Notes under the pieces: model-generated
The model's database searches: none
What the model saw: the letters and a program-made list of their open reading frames with translations, nothing else
Told to the model about the DNA's origin: nothing
Part shown: positions 49,093 through 63,610 of the stretch, piece by piece
Layout: every line of letters starts with the position of its first letter
Position numbering within the stretch: the first letter of the stretch is position 1
Made by a program: the position numbers and the translations under genes
Source: Gordius albopunctatus
Taxonomy: Eukaryota
Direction: 5' to 3'
DNA: 64,000 nt
Assembly: GCA_964276515.1 (NCBI GenBank)
Contig: OZ193909.1
Coordinates: 10,664,001 to 10,728,000, forward strand

Positions 49093-52000
49093 ATGGAAAG
49101 TTTGAAAAGCTTATTCAGATGTTACATATGCATGGAGAAAGTAAAAAATGCAAGATTGTGTCCTCATTGTTCTAAACTTTGTTGCTTACACTGTATACAC
49201 TGTTGGATTATTGATCAACATCACTCATTTTGCCCTCACTGTCGAATGCCAATGACTTTAATGAAATTTGTTAATTGTCGCTGGGCAGAAGAGGCAACCC
49301 AACAATTGACTACCTTGCAGGTATCTATTTCAATATAATTATGTGTTTAATTCATATCTAGGTTTCTATTTCTAATAATTTTAAATTTACAACATTGTTT
49401 TATATAATGTGAATTAGGAGAATATACCTTAATATATATTTTATAATGGCAATGTTTGTTACTAAATTTATTAGTTTTTATACATTATTCCATCAGATAA
49501 TTTGCTAATAATTTTAAAGTTTATTTGCTTTAAATTTAGTTTTATTAACTTAATTTATAACTTATTCACTTTGCAGGACATTTATAATATATAAACTAAT
49601 TCCTTGTTCTTATTTATTAATTAAAAGCTTATTTTTATATTATTTTTAAATTGAATTTATGATTTTAGTTGTGAACAAATTTATTAAAAAAATGCTCTCT
49701 TTGTCCACGTAAAATTTTTTGGCTAGAAATTGGTGTGCTATTTTATAGAATTTGATTTAAAGTGCTTTTTAAAACAATAATGGAGACAATCAGTAATATG
49801 ATTTTTATCCTTAATTTTAGACATCTCATAAGTTTGAAATGAATTAAATCTGAAATTATGTGTAGGTTGCAGTCGACTCAATATCTCAAAATTTATCACC
49901 ACCCGATTCAACAATATGCCATATTCACAAAGAGAAATTATCAGTTTATTGCAATACATGTGACAATGTTATATGTCATGAATGTGCTTTGTGGGATAAA
50001 AGGCATAGTGGTCATAATTTTCAACCTCTAGATGAAGTATTAACAACAATTTCATTTAATAAATATTTTTTCACTTTAAAATACATCATAAATCATTGTT
50101 AGGTATATCGAAAACACATTTCACAAATTGAAAGCCAAATAGCAAAGTTGAAAACCAAATTACTAGATATATTTACCTACATAAAAGTTGTGGACAAAAA
50201 CATGGAAGATATTAAAAGTGCCAAAGATGAAGGCGTGAAGGAGCTGACTAACGCGCTAGAACACATGATTAATAGATTGGATTTGACAATGAAGAAAAAG
50301 ATGTGCTCATTAGAATTTGTAAAAAGACAAATGCATTACGAGATGGATCGGCTTGAAACATTTCTCCAAAAAATGGGGTCCGAATTGGGTGCCTTATCCA
50401 AAGCAGATACCATTAAGAGAAGTGCTCAAATAGTGGGAGCTTTCGATCAATTATTACAGGCACCGGGTGATACCATTTCCTTTTTAACACAAAGAATAAA
50501 TTTAGCGAAGTTCTCGGATAACCAGTTAATTTCCACAAATTTTCCCAGTGAAGTAGTGCCCCCCTTCGACTCTGCAGTCTTCGTAATTGAAGACTTCCCC
50601 AAGGCAAGGTATAAAGCTGAACCCATTTACAGTGAACCCCTCAATGTGTTTGGACTGGTGTGGAGGCTAAAAATTTATCCAGATGGAAATGGAGCCGTGC
50701 GGGGACAATATTTATCAGTATTTTTGGAGCTGACATCTTGCGTGTATGGATCACATTCGCAAAAATCACCTAGTCAAATTGAGGAACAAACTGGTGAACG
50801 CAATCAAGAGGTTACCCTCACCGATCCAAGTGAGCAAAATCGTTCGACAAATTTTAATTCGCGTATAGATCCAATAAGCTTTTGCAAGGACCAAATTTCG
50901 GCACCGTCAAAATATGAGTACAAAGTCGAAATGATCAACCAAAAACGCCCGAGCACCAATTTATCCGATAAGCGTTTTAGGAACGTGCAGTTGCACGACA
51001 AAAGAAGTTTGCGGCTCAACAAAACGCAGTACCATCAACATTTTCCATCAGCATCCAATTTATTTTTACCTACCGTCGATAATTACCCTCTTGTTAATAA
51101 TAATTTTAAAATTTTAGGCGGCAATTTTGTGGATGAGAGCGTAGAAGGTGAATCCTCGGATAAAAACTATCTAGATAAATGCGACCTTAAAGAAGTTAAA
51201 AGAAACATCGTCCGAGAATTCGCTTCGGATTTTGAGGTGGGTGAATGTTGGGGTTATAATCGCTTTTTCCGACTAGCCCTACTCGAGTCTGAAGGCTTTC
51301 TCGCGGGCGGACGAACCCTAGAATTGAAGTTTAGCGTGCGGCCTCCGACTTTTTACCAGGCGTGTAGGGATAGGGATCGTTACATTAAATATTTGGAAAA
51401 TCAGATTTGCAGCTTCCCTGACAACGACTCATATTCCCTCGAAACCAATGCTATAAACGGACCTTGTAGCCAGCATACCCCTTCCATATATGAATCCCGT
51501 AGCGAGCTTAAAACTTTGCACCACTCAGCCTTTTCTAACCACACCGATGCTTACCCTCCCAAAATAACGCCAAAGCTATCAAAGAATGACCATTTTATTC
51601 AAATTGGGGGCCAAGTCGACATCATAAATAAACGGTCTAGCGATCTTTGCCGAAATGATAAAGCAAGTACTTCCAAATGTTTTAACGCCGAAACTGATAT
51701 TAATTCTAAGTTAGTAAACAAAGATAGGGCGATTGTAAAATGGAGCTCTTTAACCGATGGACGAAGGTGCTATAAGCTAGAATTTAATTTCAAGCCACAC
51801 GCACTGCCGTTCCTTCTTGACTTTGATAATACGTTGCCCATGTATAAAACGTTTACCGAATTTTCATTTTTCAACCCTTACTTAGTGACACTCATTCTTG
51901 ATAACGTTAATTTTAACAAGGTTATAGATATCCTTATAGGTGATTGCAAGGTCAAATTTCACAATCAAACTTCGCGCAAATCTAATACCACCGAACGCCA

Positions 52001-52148
52001 CAGTCGCGTCAGTGAGTGCAACTCTGTTGCTGCATTAAAACTACCCAAGCGTCCTACCGCTTTAGCATTTACGAATGAGGATGAAAAGTTTATTCGAGAT
52101 TTTGTATCTTCGTTATGCAGGCATTGTGATGATCAATGTGATGGATAA
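49093..52148 (+). CDS. TRIM37: E3 ubiquitin ligase TRIM37 (RING, B-box, coiled coil, MATH); exons 49093-49320, 49866-50036, 50103-52148 (~814 aa)
   Basis: [35 protein letters not shown]-box [81 protein letters not shown]. Confidence 0.95.
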
Positions 52149-54242
52149 ATTTTAACAACAAAACACGCTTTTAACAGAATTTAGATATCAATCTCGATCT
52201 CACAATTTCCTAAATTTGGACGTATTTAATTAAACATAAAATTCCGGTTAAATTATATTTATTTTTATTTATTATAAACACGTATAATATGCTAACTAGT
52301 TATATTTTGTAATTTTTTATTTAATGGTGTAATGTGACCAATAAAATGAATAATTTTAAATAAAGAACTTTTAAATTGATTTTCTATGAAAAATATTCAA
52401 TACTAAAGGACGATATGCGTTTTGTTATAGAAATATATGGTTTTGTCTTAATTTTCATATAAAAGACATGGTCATTAAGATATAACTTTTCTTATTAATT
52501 TGCCTAAGCATATGAAAAAAAAAGATTTATTGGGGGGATTGTCTAAAAGATGGTCGATCGTTATACTAAATATTTTAAGTTAAGGTGTTATTTACTCCTG
52601 ATAAAAATCCTTTTAATTCACGTTAGAAATATGCAATGGGTCGTTTGTAAGGCTCCGTCTTCATACGCGATTCAACTTCAACCCCGCCATTTTTTTGTGT
52701 CCAAATACGCGATTCACGTTTCATGGATTCAACTACAATATTAATCCTTTTACTATGTGAGTATGCCGGGAAAAAATATCTTCTATGAAAAAAAACATGA
52801 GTTTGGGGAATTTCATCATATAATTAAAAATATTTTAAAATAAGTAAAGCTATTTTTTGCTTATTCAAATGCAACCGATCACATTTTATTATATTTTATC
52901 ACAAATTTAAAAAAATATAAATTATTTAAATTCTATAGTTGATTTTATATCTGCAGCATAATGGTTGATAACATTAAAATATGTTCTTGCAAAAGAATAA
53001 CCAATTTGCAATTTAGATATTTGATAAAAGGAGAGTGTTTTAGGCAATTAGTCTTTTCATTTAGGATATTAATAAGAGCTGTGAAGTTGTATCAGCCATA
53101 ATGAATAATTTGATGCCTTTACACACTCCAAAACCCTCTTATGCTGATTGGATAAGAGTAAATATTATTTTCCACTAATTTAAGTAATTTTAAGCATTTT
53201 ATCAAAAAGATCTGGTGTACATGAAAGTCCTAACAAAGCCTAAAAAGATAGTCCAGGCTATTTGTACACTACATAATGTACTGATAGATAAAGATTTGCC
53301 TATATGTGTACCATATGAAATATTATCGAATGATAATAAATAGTTAGTGATGCGTAAAAACCGAGAAAAATCTCCGTCTCGAGATTTTTTCGGGGAGATC
53401 TCGAATTTTTATCGATCGTTAGATTTTAGTTAATTATTGTGTATTATAATTTGCATGATTTACATTTATGTATGTAATATATTTTATATCAAAAAAATTC
53501 CTAAGCGTAGTAAATATTATATATATTTGAAGCGTACTAAATATTATATATTTTTGCAAAAAATTAAAAATTTTGACAATACTTAGGGTATGTGAATAAT
53601 TTTATAATATTTATCACATATTTTTATCCATAGCATTATTAAATATTACAAAAATTTAGGCTTAGAATGAGTTCTGATGGAATAGTAAATATTACTAAAA
53701 TTTCGCAGTTACTCATCCTGCATGATGCTGTAATTATAAATTGGTCGTCAATCAGTTTGAATAATTAGACAAGTTAAGCTAAGGTGGTTCGAGATTTTTG
53801 AGCACCCGCCTAACGTTTTAAACTACAATAGAGTATTTAATCACACCGTAATAGATTAAATATTAAATAATGACTTTTCTAGAAGTTTTTATGCTTCAAC
53901 TAATAGTACACCTCTCAATATTTTGAACCTTAATAAGACAATGTGAATACACACATACTTTTGTCATATGCTTTACGTTTTACATTAAGCTAGGTTGGCA
54001 AGTGCATTCAATTTTACTATAATTTCTATAATTGTTCAACACAAAATATATACACGAATCTAATTCGATAAATAACTATTAAATGGTAAAATTAGTTAGA
54101 ATTGGAAGGTAATTATTTGAACTGTGTATTTGATTATAATGATTTTTGTCATAAATTAAAATACGTGCACTTTAATTTAAAGTTTAAATCCAAATGTTCC
54201 TAATCCTATAATATTGCTGCTTTTCTTGAGTTTTATTCTGCA

Positions 54243-54715
54243 GATTTGGGCTTCCTCGTTATATAGTTAGTGACAATGGTCCTCAATTCACATCATATGA
54301 ATTTACAACTTTCTGCAAAAGAAATGGAATACGACATTTTCGAGGCGCACCGTACCACCCTAGAACAAACGGTCTGATATATACGGACCATAAAGAGCAA
54401 ATTTTTTGCGGGGAGGAGACAAGGCCTGAACGATCGTGAAAATTTATTACAAGTTTTATTTAATATGCGAACGACGGTAAATACTACCACGGGTATTATT
54501 CCGGGGGAAGGTATGTTCAATAGAAGACTTCGAACAACTCTTGATCAATTAAAATGGACACGAAAGGAGAAAATCAGTGATTCCGTTTGGAAACAAAAGT
54601 ATTACAGGAACCGGGGCCTGGAATACCGTGATTTTGCTCCAAATCAAAAATGTTTGGGTAAAAAATGACAGATCTCCAGGGTGGAGAGAAGGTCAAGTCC
54701 TTACAAAAAACAGTT
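54243..54715 (+). mobile_element. Ty3/Gypsy integrase fragment (different family from copies A and B)
   Basis: RFGLPRYIVSDNGPQFTSYEFTTFCKRNGIRHFRGAPYHPRTNGL..PGEGMFNRRLRTTLD. Confidence 0.88.
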
Positions 54716-54723
54716 ACTTGACC

Positions 54724-57700
54724 CTAGATTAAGCCTATCAATACGAGTGGTCTAAAGAAAAGTTTAATTCACCAAAATGACTGCATCATAAAGAATAGTA
54801 GGAAGTCAGGCACCAAAATCTAACATAGTTCTGTCAGGCTTGGAAGGCCGGGATATCAATACTCCCTCATTCCATATAAACCAAAATGTATACTACAACA
54901 AAGACGCAGAATGAAAACCATAGGGCGTCCCCCTTAAGCGACGCGCGCATTCTTCGCCTGGAATGTGTGGGAAATAAACGAAGGCTACCGCTCTCTCAAC
55001 AAACGGAAGCGGTTAAGGACATTAGTTTGCGTAGGATAAAGTTCGGGTTATGGAATATTGGTACAATGACTAGCAAGAGCAGAGAATTGGCAGACGTTCT
55101 AAGGAGGAGAAAAATCGATATCGCTTGTATACAAGAGACCAAATGGAAGGGCGAAAAAGCAAAATACATAGGTGACGGATACAAATTATATTTTTACGGT
55201 ACAGAAACTCACCGGAATGGCATCGGTATAGTTCTATCGGAAGAATTTCAGCAAACTGTCGTCGACGTTAAAAGAATCAATGACAGAATCATGGCGATAC
55301 AGCTTTGTTATAAATCTACTACGATAAACGTTATATCAGCATACCCCCCTCAAAGTGGATGCTCTGAGACGGAAAAAGAGTCTTTTTGGAAGGAGCTTGA
55401 AGATGTTCTATCCCAATTCGGTAAAGAAGGAATAATAATTATCGGAGCGGACCTCAATGGTCATGTGGGAAAATCAAGGGGAGGATTTGAAAGAAATCAT
55501 GGTGGTCGGGGTTACGGCCTAAGAAATGAAGGAGGTAGGGAAATTCTAGAAATTGCTCAAGCTTTTGACCTAGCTATAGGAAATACCTTCTTCAAAAAGA
55601 GACAGGAACATCTTATAACGTACAAAAGCGGCAGCCGTACCACTCAGATAGATTTCTTTCTAGTCAACAGAGTGCACTTAAAGTATGTTCAAAATGTTAA
55701 GGTAATACCGAGTGAAATATTGGCCTGCCAACATAAGCTTTTGGTGATGGACTTTATATAAAAGGGCCTTAAAGGGCAAAAGGTACAAAGAGTAGCCGCT
55801 ACTATACAATGGATGAAACTAAAGGATAATACTCAACATTTTCAGGAACAAGTAATTTAACATGCTGAATTTAAGGAAAATACTTCATGTGAGAATCAAT
55901 GGAATGGTATAGCTGCCACAATGCGAAAAGCGGGACGACAAATACTAGGTGAAAGCAAGCCCACTAAAAGAATTCTCAAGGAGACGTGGTGGTGGAATGA
56001 AGAAGTGCAAAAATGTATCAAGGAAAAGAAGAGATTGTACAAAGTTTGGTAAAAAAGCAAGGATAGTAATGATAAGCAAGCTTACCAAGTAGCTAAAAGA
56101 TCGGCTGAAAAATTCGTAGCGAAAGCTAAAAACAAGGTGTATGACGATATAAATGTAAAACTCAACTCAAAGGAAGGAGAGGGATTGATCTACAAAATCG
56201 CAAAGTCAAGGGCCCGAAATTCTAAAGATTACCTAGAATGCCGGCTAATTAAGGGTCAAAAGGGAGAAATACTAACACACGACAGCCATATACTACAAAG
56301 ATGGTACGAGTATTATAGCGATTTATCAATTGAAAAGGGGGTCCGTAGTCGAAGACACTAACGAGGAAAATACAATAGGAGAATTAAACACAGCGGACTG
56401 GATCACGGAAACGGAAGTGAAAGTTGCTATGGGTAAACTAAAGTCAGGAAAAGCTCTTGGACCCGACAATATACCAATAGAGGGCTTCAAAGCGTTAGGC
56501 AATACTGGTGCACAATTCCTCGCCAACCTTTTCAACAATATCTTGAAAACGGGTAAAATGCCTGACGAGTGGAGGGATAGCTACATGATCCCGATATACA
56601 AGATGAAAGGGGACATTCAGGATTGCAACAATTACAGAGGGATAAAGCTTATGAGTCACACTTTCAAGGTGTGGGAAAAAGTGATCGAAAAACGGCTTCG
56701 GAGTATGGTTCAAATTCGAGATAACCAATTCAGATTTATGCCGGAGAGGTCTACAGCAGACGCCCTAAACAGTGTTAGAAGATTAATGGAACGGTTTAAA
56801 GAAAGGGAAGAGGATTTGCACATGTGTTTCATCGATCTAGAAAAAGCGTTCGATAAAGTTCCTTGTAATTTAGTTTGGAAATGTCTTGAAGAAAGCAATG
56901 TGCCAGAAGCATACGTCAGAGCAATAAAGAATATGTACAAGGGAAATAGAACGTATGTTAGAACAACGGTGGGGACTACAAAGGGCTTCGCCATTAATAC
57001 TGGAGTCCATCAAGGTTCAGCTCTTAGTCCCTTCCTATTCATAATGATAATGGATAATATTACCAAGGATTTGGGCGAGGAAGCTCCTTGGGCAATGATC
57101 TTTGCAGACGATATAATTCTCTGTGTCAAAAGTGAACAAGAATTGGCTAATACTGTAAATAGATGGGTAAATGCAATAGAAGAAAGTGGTCTCAGGGTAA
57201 ATCGAAAGAAAACAGAATACATGAAGACAAAGTTTAAATCGGATGAAAACCAGCAAAGTGCAACCCTTACTTTAGGCGATTGGCAACTTACAAGTGTGGA
57301 TTCCTTCAAATATTTAGGATCAACACTTCAATCGGATGGTGGAATGGATAAAGAAATCCAAGCAAGGATAAATTCCGGATGGCTCAAGTGGAGGGACTTG
57401 ACAGGTGTTCTGTGCGACAAAAACATCCCGAGAAGACTGAAAGGCGCACTGTATAAATCCATCATACAGCCAACAGTCCTGTATAGCTCGGAATCATGGG
57501 CTATACGTAAAAGAGACGAGCAACGTCTTGCGACCATGGAGATGAGAATGCTAAGATGGGTGCTAGGAGTAAGCCAAAAATACCATAGGCGAAATGAAGA
57601 AATAAGAAGAATTTTGGGTACTACATCAATTGCGACAAAGCTCTTAACAAATAGACTAAGATGGTATGGCCATGTCGAAAGAAGGGACGATAGCTACGTA

Positions 57701-57901
57701 GGAAAGAAAATCGAGATGATAAATTTCGCAGGAAAACGAAAGAGAGGAGGATCCAAGCTTACCTGGATTCATAAAATACGGCATGATATGAAAGTCCACA
57801 AGATAAAGAAAGAGCTATTTAAACATAGAAACAAATGGAAACGAATGCTGAAAGGACTGACTACCAGCCTAGGTGACAAGCAGCCATAGAAAGAAGAAGA
57901 A
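54724..57901 (+). mobile_element. RTE-clade LINE (AP endonuclease + RT), near full length, a few stops and one frameshift, (GAA)n tail
   Basis: WNIGTM..IACIQETKW..GADLNGHVG..TQIDF; ETWWWNEEV; NYRGIKL..FIDLEKAFD..QGSALSP..FADDI..FKYLGS..LRWYGHV; aagaagaagaa directly after the stop. Confidence 0.95.
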
Positions 57902-60900
57902 ACAAAACAAAATGCAGTTATGAAAAACAGTAGATCTCAAAGAATAGACGAACAAATCCTACAAAACAATGCAGATATGAGTGTGAAGATGGCCCAAATA
58001 CGTGAATCACAATCGCAAGAGGCACGAGATGGACGAAATCAACAAAGACGACTAAAAAAAGCTCGCCGATTTGTAATCAACACACGTAGAGAAAATGACC
58101 TACACCGCCTACAAGTACATCGAGCATTTAAATCGGCATCCTTCCTTCGACTAGCATTCCACAATGAGCCAGATGTTGAATATTACGCCCATTCCAAAGA
58201 GGTCATTGGTACTATGGACAAGGTATGTCCTCATTGTCTTGCACTTAAATATAAAAATGAGTCGGCCGGGATGTGTTGCGCATCAGGAAAAGTTCGACTA
58301 ACGAAGATTGAAACACCACCTGAACCATTGCACGGTTTACTTATCGGTAAGGATCCTAATTCTAGCCTGTTCCTGAAGTCAATTCGGACATTCAATTCAT
58401 GCTTCCAAATGACATCGTTTGGTGCAACAGAAATAGTTCAAATTAATGCTGCAAACGCTCACCAATTTTATTCAACGTTTAAAATAAAAGGCCAGGTTTT
58501 TCAGAAAGTGTGTTCATTGCTGCCGATGCCAAACGAATCTTATAAATTTTTACAAATTTACTTTATGGGTGGTGACGACTGCGAACGCGCACTCGCTAAT
58601 CGCATGAATGCACGTTGCGGCTACAACAACTTCGATTCACCTTTTGCCAGGCGTATCGTCAGCGAACTGGACATTCTTTTTAATGAGCACAATGAATTAT
58701 TAAAATTATTTAAATCACACATGCCCAAATTACTAAATCACAATTACGCTATTGTCATCGATTCTGATAAAATACCAGTTGGACTTGGAGAGCACATTCG
58801 TAGATTCAATGAACCTGTAGTTGACGACGTTGCCAGAATCATGGTTGGGGACCGTACGGCTTCGCGCCAAATCGTGATTCGAAGAAGAGATAATAATCTT
58901 CAGTTCATTGCTGATACCCACCGTTCATATGACGCTCTCCAATATCCGATAATTTTTTGGGAAGGACAAGATGGATATTGTATAAACATTAAACAACGAG
59001 ATCCCCTAACAGGTACTTTATTCTTTATTAAAAACATGATTATGGGAGACCGGGGCTATCGTAGCCATAAAAAATTAAAGCGCCCTATACAAAAATGTTT
59101 AAACTAATTTAAAGAAATTTTTTCATAAAAATGTTTTTAGTCATAAATTCTATGTTAGAAAATTTTTCCACACTATAGAAATCCCTATTTTTAATTCCAG
59201 AGATGTTTAAAAAAAGCATTTTCTAGAAATCTAAAAAATTCCCGGGGCTATACATGTCTCTTTTTTATTATTTTTTCAGCAACTTCGGTTTTTTCGTATA
59301 TTTTTTATAGAAGGAGAAGCAAAGTTTGTCTAGCTATATCCCTTAACTAATTTTTTGTTTCTTTGCTTAATAAACTTGATTTATGTTTTCATGGGCAAAG
59401 GCAGAAATTAAATAAAAGGCGGGGGGGGGGGAAGCAAAAGTCCGGATATGATTGAATATGAGTGGGTTGAATGAGGATTTTAAAAACTTAACCATTAATT
59501 CATTAAATATATAAAAACTTATAAATTTCGAGGGGGGGGGGGAAATTAAGCGAGAAGATACGTATAGCCACAAGACACGTATAGTTCCGGTCTCCCTACT
59601 AATTTTCAATTAATTGGAATGCACATTATTACAGGATCCGAAACAAACAAGAAGGTTAGCTCGAAGGATTTTTATGCATATCGTTTGATGATTAGACGCA
59701 GTCAAGACAACGTCATACTACGATGTCGTGAGCTTTGCCAACAATTCATGGTCGACATGTATGTGAAGATAGAGAGCAAACGTCTACGATATTTAAGATA
59801 TAACCAACAGAAACTGCGTACGGAACAATACATTCACTTACGAGACGGTATCGCGAACAACGCCGACACTGCTCACATTGGTAACTCTATTATTCTACCG
59901 TCATCGTACATAGGGAGTCTAAGTCACATGCAAGAATGCATACAGGATGCTATGGCTTACGTAGGCGAATACGGACGACCGTGTTTTTTTTATCACGTTT
60001 ACAATCCAAAATGACAGGAGATTACATCGTTGTTATTACCAGGACAAAATTCTATACATCGTCTTAAACAAAAATTAAAGTCTTTCATGAATTACATTAC
60101 AAAATTACATATTTTTGGCCCTGCACGTTGCTGGATGTATTTGGTTGAGTGGCAAAAGCGAGGATTATCTCATGTTCACATTTTGATTTGGTTCGTCGAC
60201 AAAATACGTCCTGAAGACATTGATAGTTTAATTTCTGCATAAATTCCTAATCCTGTGGATATTTAAATCGTTCATCGCCTTGCATGTTAGATGGAAAGTG
60301 TGCAAAGTGTTTTCCTAAAAATTTCATCAATGATACGGTCACAAATGTCGACGGGTATCCTATATATCGTCGAAGAAGTACCGATAATGGCGGACAAATA
60401 TTTACTAAGACTATCAGTAACGTAGCCATTGACATTCACAATCGTTGGGTTGTACCATATTCACCTTTGCTGTGTAAAGCATTCAATGCTCATATTAATG
60501 TTGAGTTCTGCAGTTCGGTGAAGAGCATCAAATATATATGCAAGTATGTGAATAAAAGAAGTGATATGGCTGTATTTAGAATTGATAATACCAATGTGAA
60601 TGCTCTTCCATTGAATAACAATGATCAAATAACTAACTACCAAATTGGCCGGTACATAGCTCCAATGAAGCTGTCATGAACGGGATCCAGCAGTTAATCA
60701 TTTAGCTGTCCATCTAGAAAACGGCCAGCGTGTATTTTTCACGAACGAGACCGCGCTTGATCGTGCTATTAATCCACCAAAAACTACACTCACCGATTTT
60801 TTTTGAATTGTGTAATCGTGCCGATGATTTTGGTGCCTTCGTGCGAACATTACTCTATTCAGAAGTACCCCGCTATTTTACGTGGACTCAATCGAAAAAA

Positions 60901-63139
60901 TGGATGCCTCGCAAGCAAGGCACACCAGTTAATACATGTCCTCGTTTATTCAAATCAAACATTTTGGGTGGTGTATATACAGTGAATCCTAGGCAAACTG
61001 AGTGCTTTTATCTGCGATTGTTGTTGGTAAATATCACCGGCCCATTGTCATTTCACGATATACGTAAAGTAAATGGACATCAGTATCCAACGTATAATGA
61101 TGCATGCCTTCCACTAGGCTTGCTAGAAGATGACAACCATTGGGACAGTATGCTTACTGAAGCAGCATTAAACTCAACAGCAACACAAAATCGTCTACTA
61201 TTCGCTATAGTGTTGACTACATGTTTCCCGACCCGAGCACAACGTTGTGGGATAAGCACAAAGATTCAATTGCTGATGATATATTACACCGATATCGTTC
61301 AAGGTGCAACGATCTATCGATATTATTCAGCGACTCTATGTACAATGAGGCATTGATAGCTATTGAGGATCTTTGCATTGACATTGCCAATTTAAAAATG
61401 AGTCATTTTGGTATGAGTTCACAAAATCGAAAAGTAGCTGATTTACTCAACACTGATATGAGTCTTTAACTGCAATACAATACTTTAGAAATGGCAGCAA
61501 TTGTTACTCGCAATGTCCCACTACTAAATGATGAAAAAAAAACATTTACGACCAAATTATGCTGGCAGTTTCGACAGGACAAGGTGGTTTCTTTTTTTTT
61601 GATGCACCAGGTGGAACTGGCAAAACATTTCTCATTTCGATAATTCTTTCCGAGATACGATCAAAAAATGACATCGCATTATTGCAGCAACTTTATTAGA
61701 TGCAGGTAGAACAGCTCATTCTGCATTTAAGCTGCCACTAAATATCCAAAATAACCCAGAGGCAGTGTGCAACATAAAAAACAATCGTCCATGGCCACAG
61801 TACTCAAACGGTGTAAAGTTATCATCTGAGATGAATGTACTATGTCACACAAACATTCCCTTGAGGCATTGGACAGGACATTGAAGGATATAAAAAACAA
61901 TGACAAAATATTTGGCGGCACTCTGTTACTCCCTTAAGGTGATTTCAGACAAACACTTCCCGTCATTCCACGTTCAACGTACGCTGATGAGATCAAGTCT
62001 TGCTTGAAATCATCGTCCTTGTGGCGTAATGTTGAAAAGTTAGAACTGAAATTAAACATACGCGTTCATATGCTTAAAGATCCATCCGTTTAGATATTGG
62101 TGATGGAAAAGTTGCTTTGTATGAAAATACTGGATGCATAAAATTACCGTCGGATTTTCGCACAATCGTCGACTCGCAAAATGCTCTCATCGACCACATA
62201 TTTCCAGATCTATATACACAATACAAAAATCTTTCCTGGATGTCCGAAAGAGCAATATTTTCAGAAAAGAATGTAGATGTCAATAATTTAAATTTCAAGA
62301 AACAACAGTTGTTGCCATGTGACTTGGTGTCATACAAATCTGTCAATACAGTTTGCGATGCTAACGAAACTGTAAATTATCCAATTGAGTTTTTGAATTC
62401 ATTGGATTTGTCAGGTATGCCACCGCACCTTTTACAATTGAAGGTTGGATCTCCGGTAATTTTGCTTCGTAATTTAAGCCCACCACGGCTGTGCAATGGC
62501 ACACGATTAGTCGTTAAAAAATGCAGGAAGAATCTTCTCGAAGTCACCATTTTGAATGGAAAGTTCCGAGGTGAAAATGTATTGCTGCCACGATCCCTAT
62601 GATTCCCACAGATGTGCCGATTGAATTGAAACGTATTCAATTTCCAATTAGATTGGCATTCGCAATGACAATCATTAAGGCGCAAGGCCAAACGATGTCT
62701 ATTTATAGCTTAGATTTTGCCACACCATGCTTTTCTCACGGACAGCTATATGTGGCATGTTTCGCGTGGATAAATCATCTAGTTTGTTTGTGTTGACTAA
62801 AGACGGACTATCCAAAAATATTATATACTTCATCGCACCTAGAGATTGATGATGAATCATTTTTTAATCTTCATAATTTGATGTATATATAGTTATCAAA
62901 AATGATTTAATAAAGTATAAAGAATGAAATTAATAAATGATTTGTGTATTGTCATTTTATAAACCAACATTGTCACAACGCTCCATTCTTATTTCAATCA
63001 TAACCACATACCCATACACTTATAGTATTTTCTAGATATAAGCTGACCCAAATTCTTTCATATATTTCCTATTGATAGGTACCAATTATTTAGCCAAATA
63101 AGAACTAAGCCAAAGCAACGCTTGGCCGGGCACAGCTAG
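57902..63139 (+). mobile_element. Helitron (RepHel pseudogene), 5' end missing, intact 3' terminus
   Basis: CPHC..MCCASGK zinc finger, YDALQYP, QQFMVDMY, VEWQKRGLSHVHIL (Rep), KYICKY, DAPGGTGKTF, GDFRQ, LLRNL..LCNGTRL, QFPIRLAFAMTI.KAQGQT, FSHGQLYVA; hairpin gccaaagcaacgcttggc at 63109-63126 then CTAG|T at 63136-63140. Confidence 0.95.
59044..59596. mobile_element. MITE inserted in the Helitron intron
   Basis: TIRs gggagaccggggctat / atagttccggtctccc. Confidence 0.75.
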
Positions 63140-63342
63140 TATAATATAAAATTACAATCATGGTTATGTAAAATTATTGAAGTAAGAACAAATAATGTCT
63201 CTAATCTCTCTAGCTTGTTGGGTTTAAGAGTTGTTATCAGGTATTATTCGCTGAGTATTTTTGTTAATCTCATAATCACATTGTTATATCCGAGGGTTTT
63301 TTGTTAAGTTCGGGGATGGGGGAAGGGGTCGCGTGATCCCCC

Positions 63343-63610
63343 TTGGATTTGGGGCCAGGGATTTGTTACTGCTTTTGTGGAGAGGGGAAATAGTATCTTG
63401 AAGTACTAAGATAATTCTGCTTTAAATCGGGGAACCAACTATACTCAATATTAGACTCGTTTCAGTTTAACTCTTTTTGGATTTGGGGCCAGGGATTTGT
63501 TACTGCTTTTGTGGAGAGGGGAAATAGTATCTTGAAGTACTAAGATAATTCTGCTTTAAATCGGGGAACCAACTATACTCAATATTAGAATCGTTTCAGT
63601 TTAACTCTTT
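63343..63610. repeat. Tandem duplication, 2 x 134 bp
   Basis: ttggatttggggccaggg..gtttaactcttt repeated at 63343 and 63477 with one mismatch seen. Confidence 0.95.

Noticed and set aside
47670..53410. Matching TIRs on both sides of TRIM37 suggesting gene capture
   Set aside because: Orientation is wrong: a right end at 47782 and a left end at 53346, so the gene lies between two separate elements.
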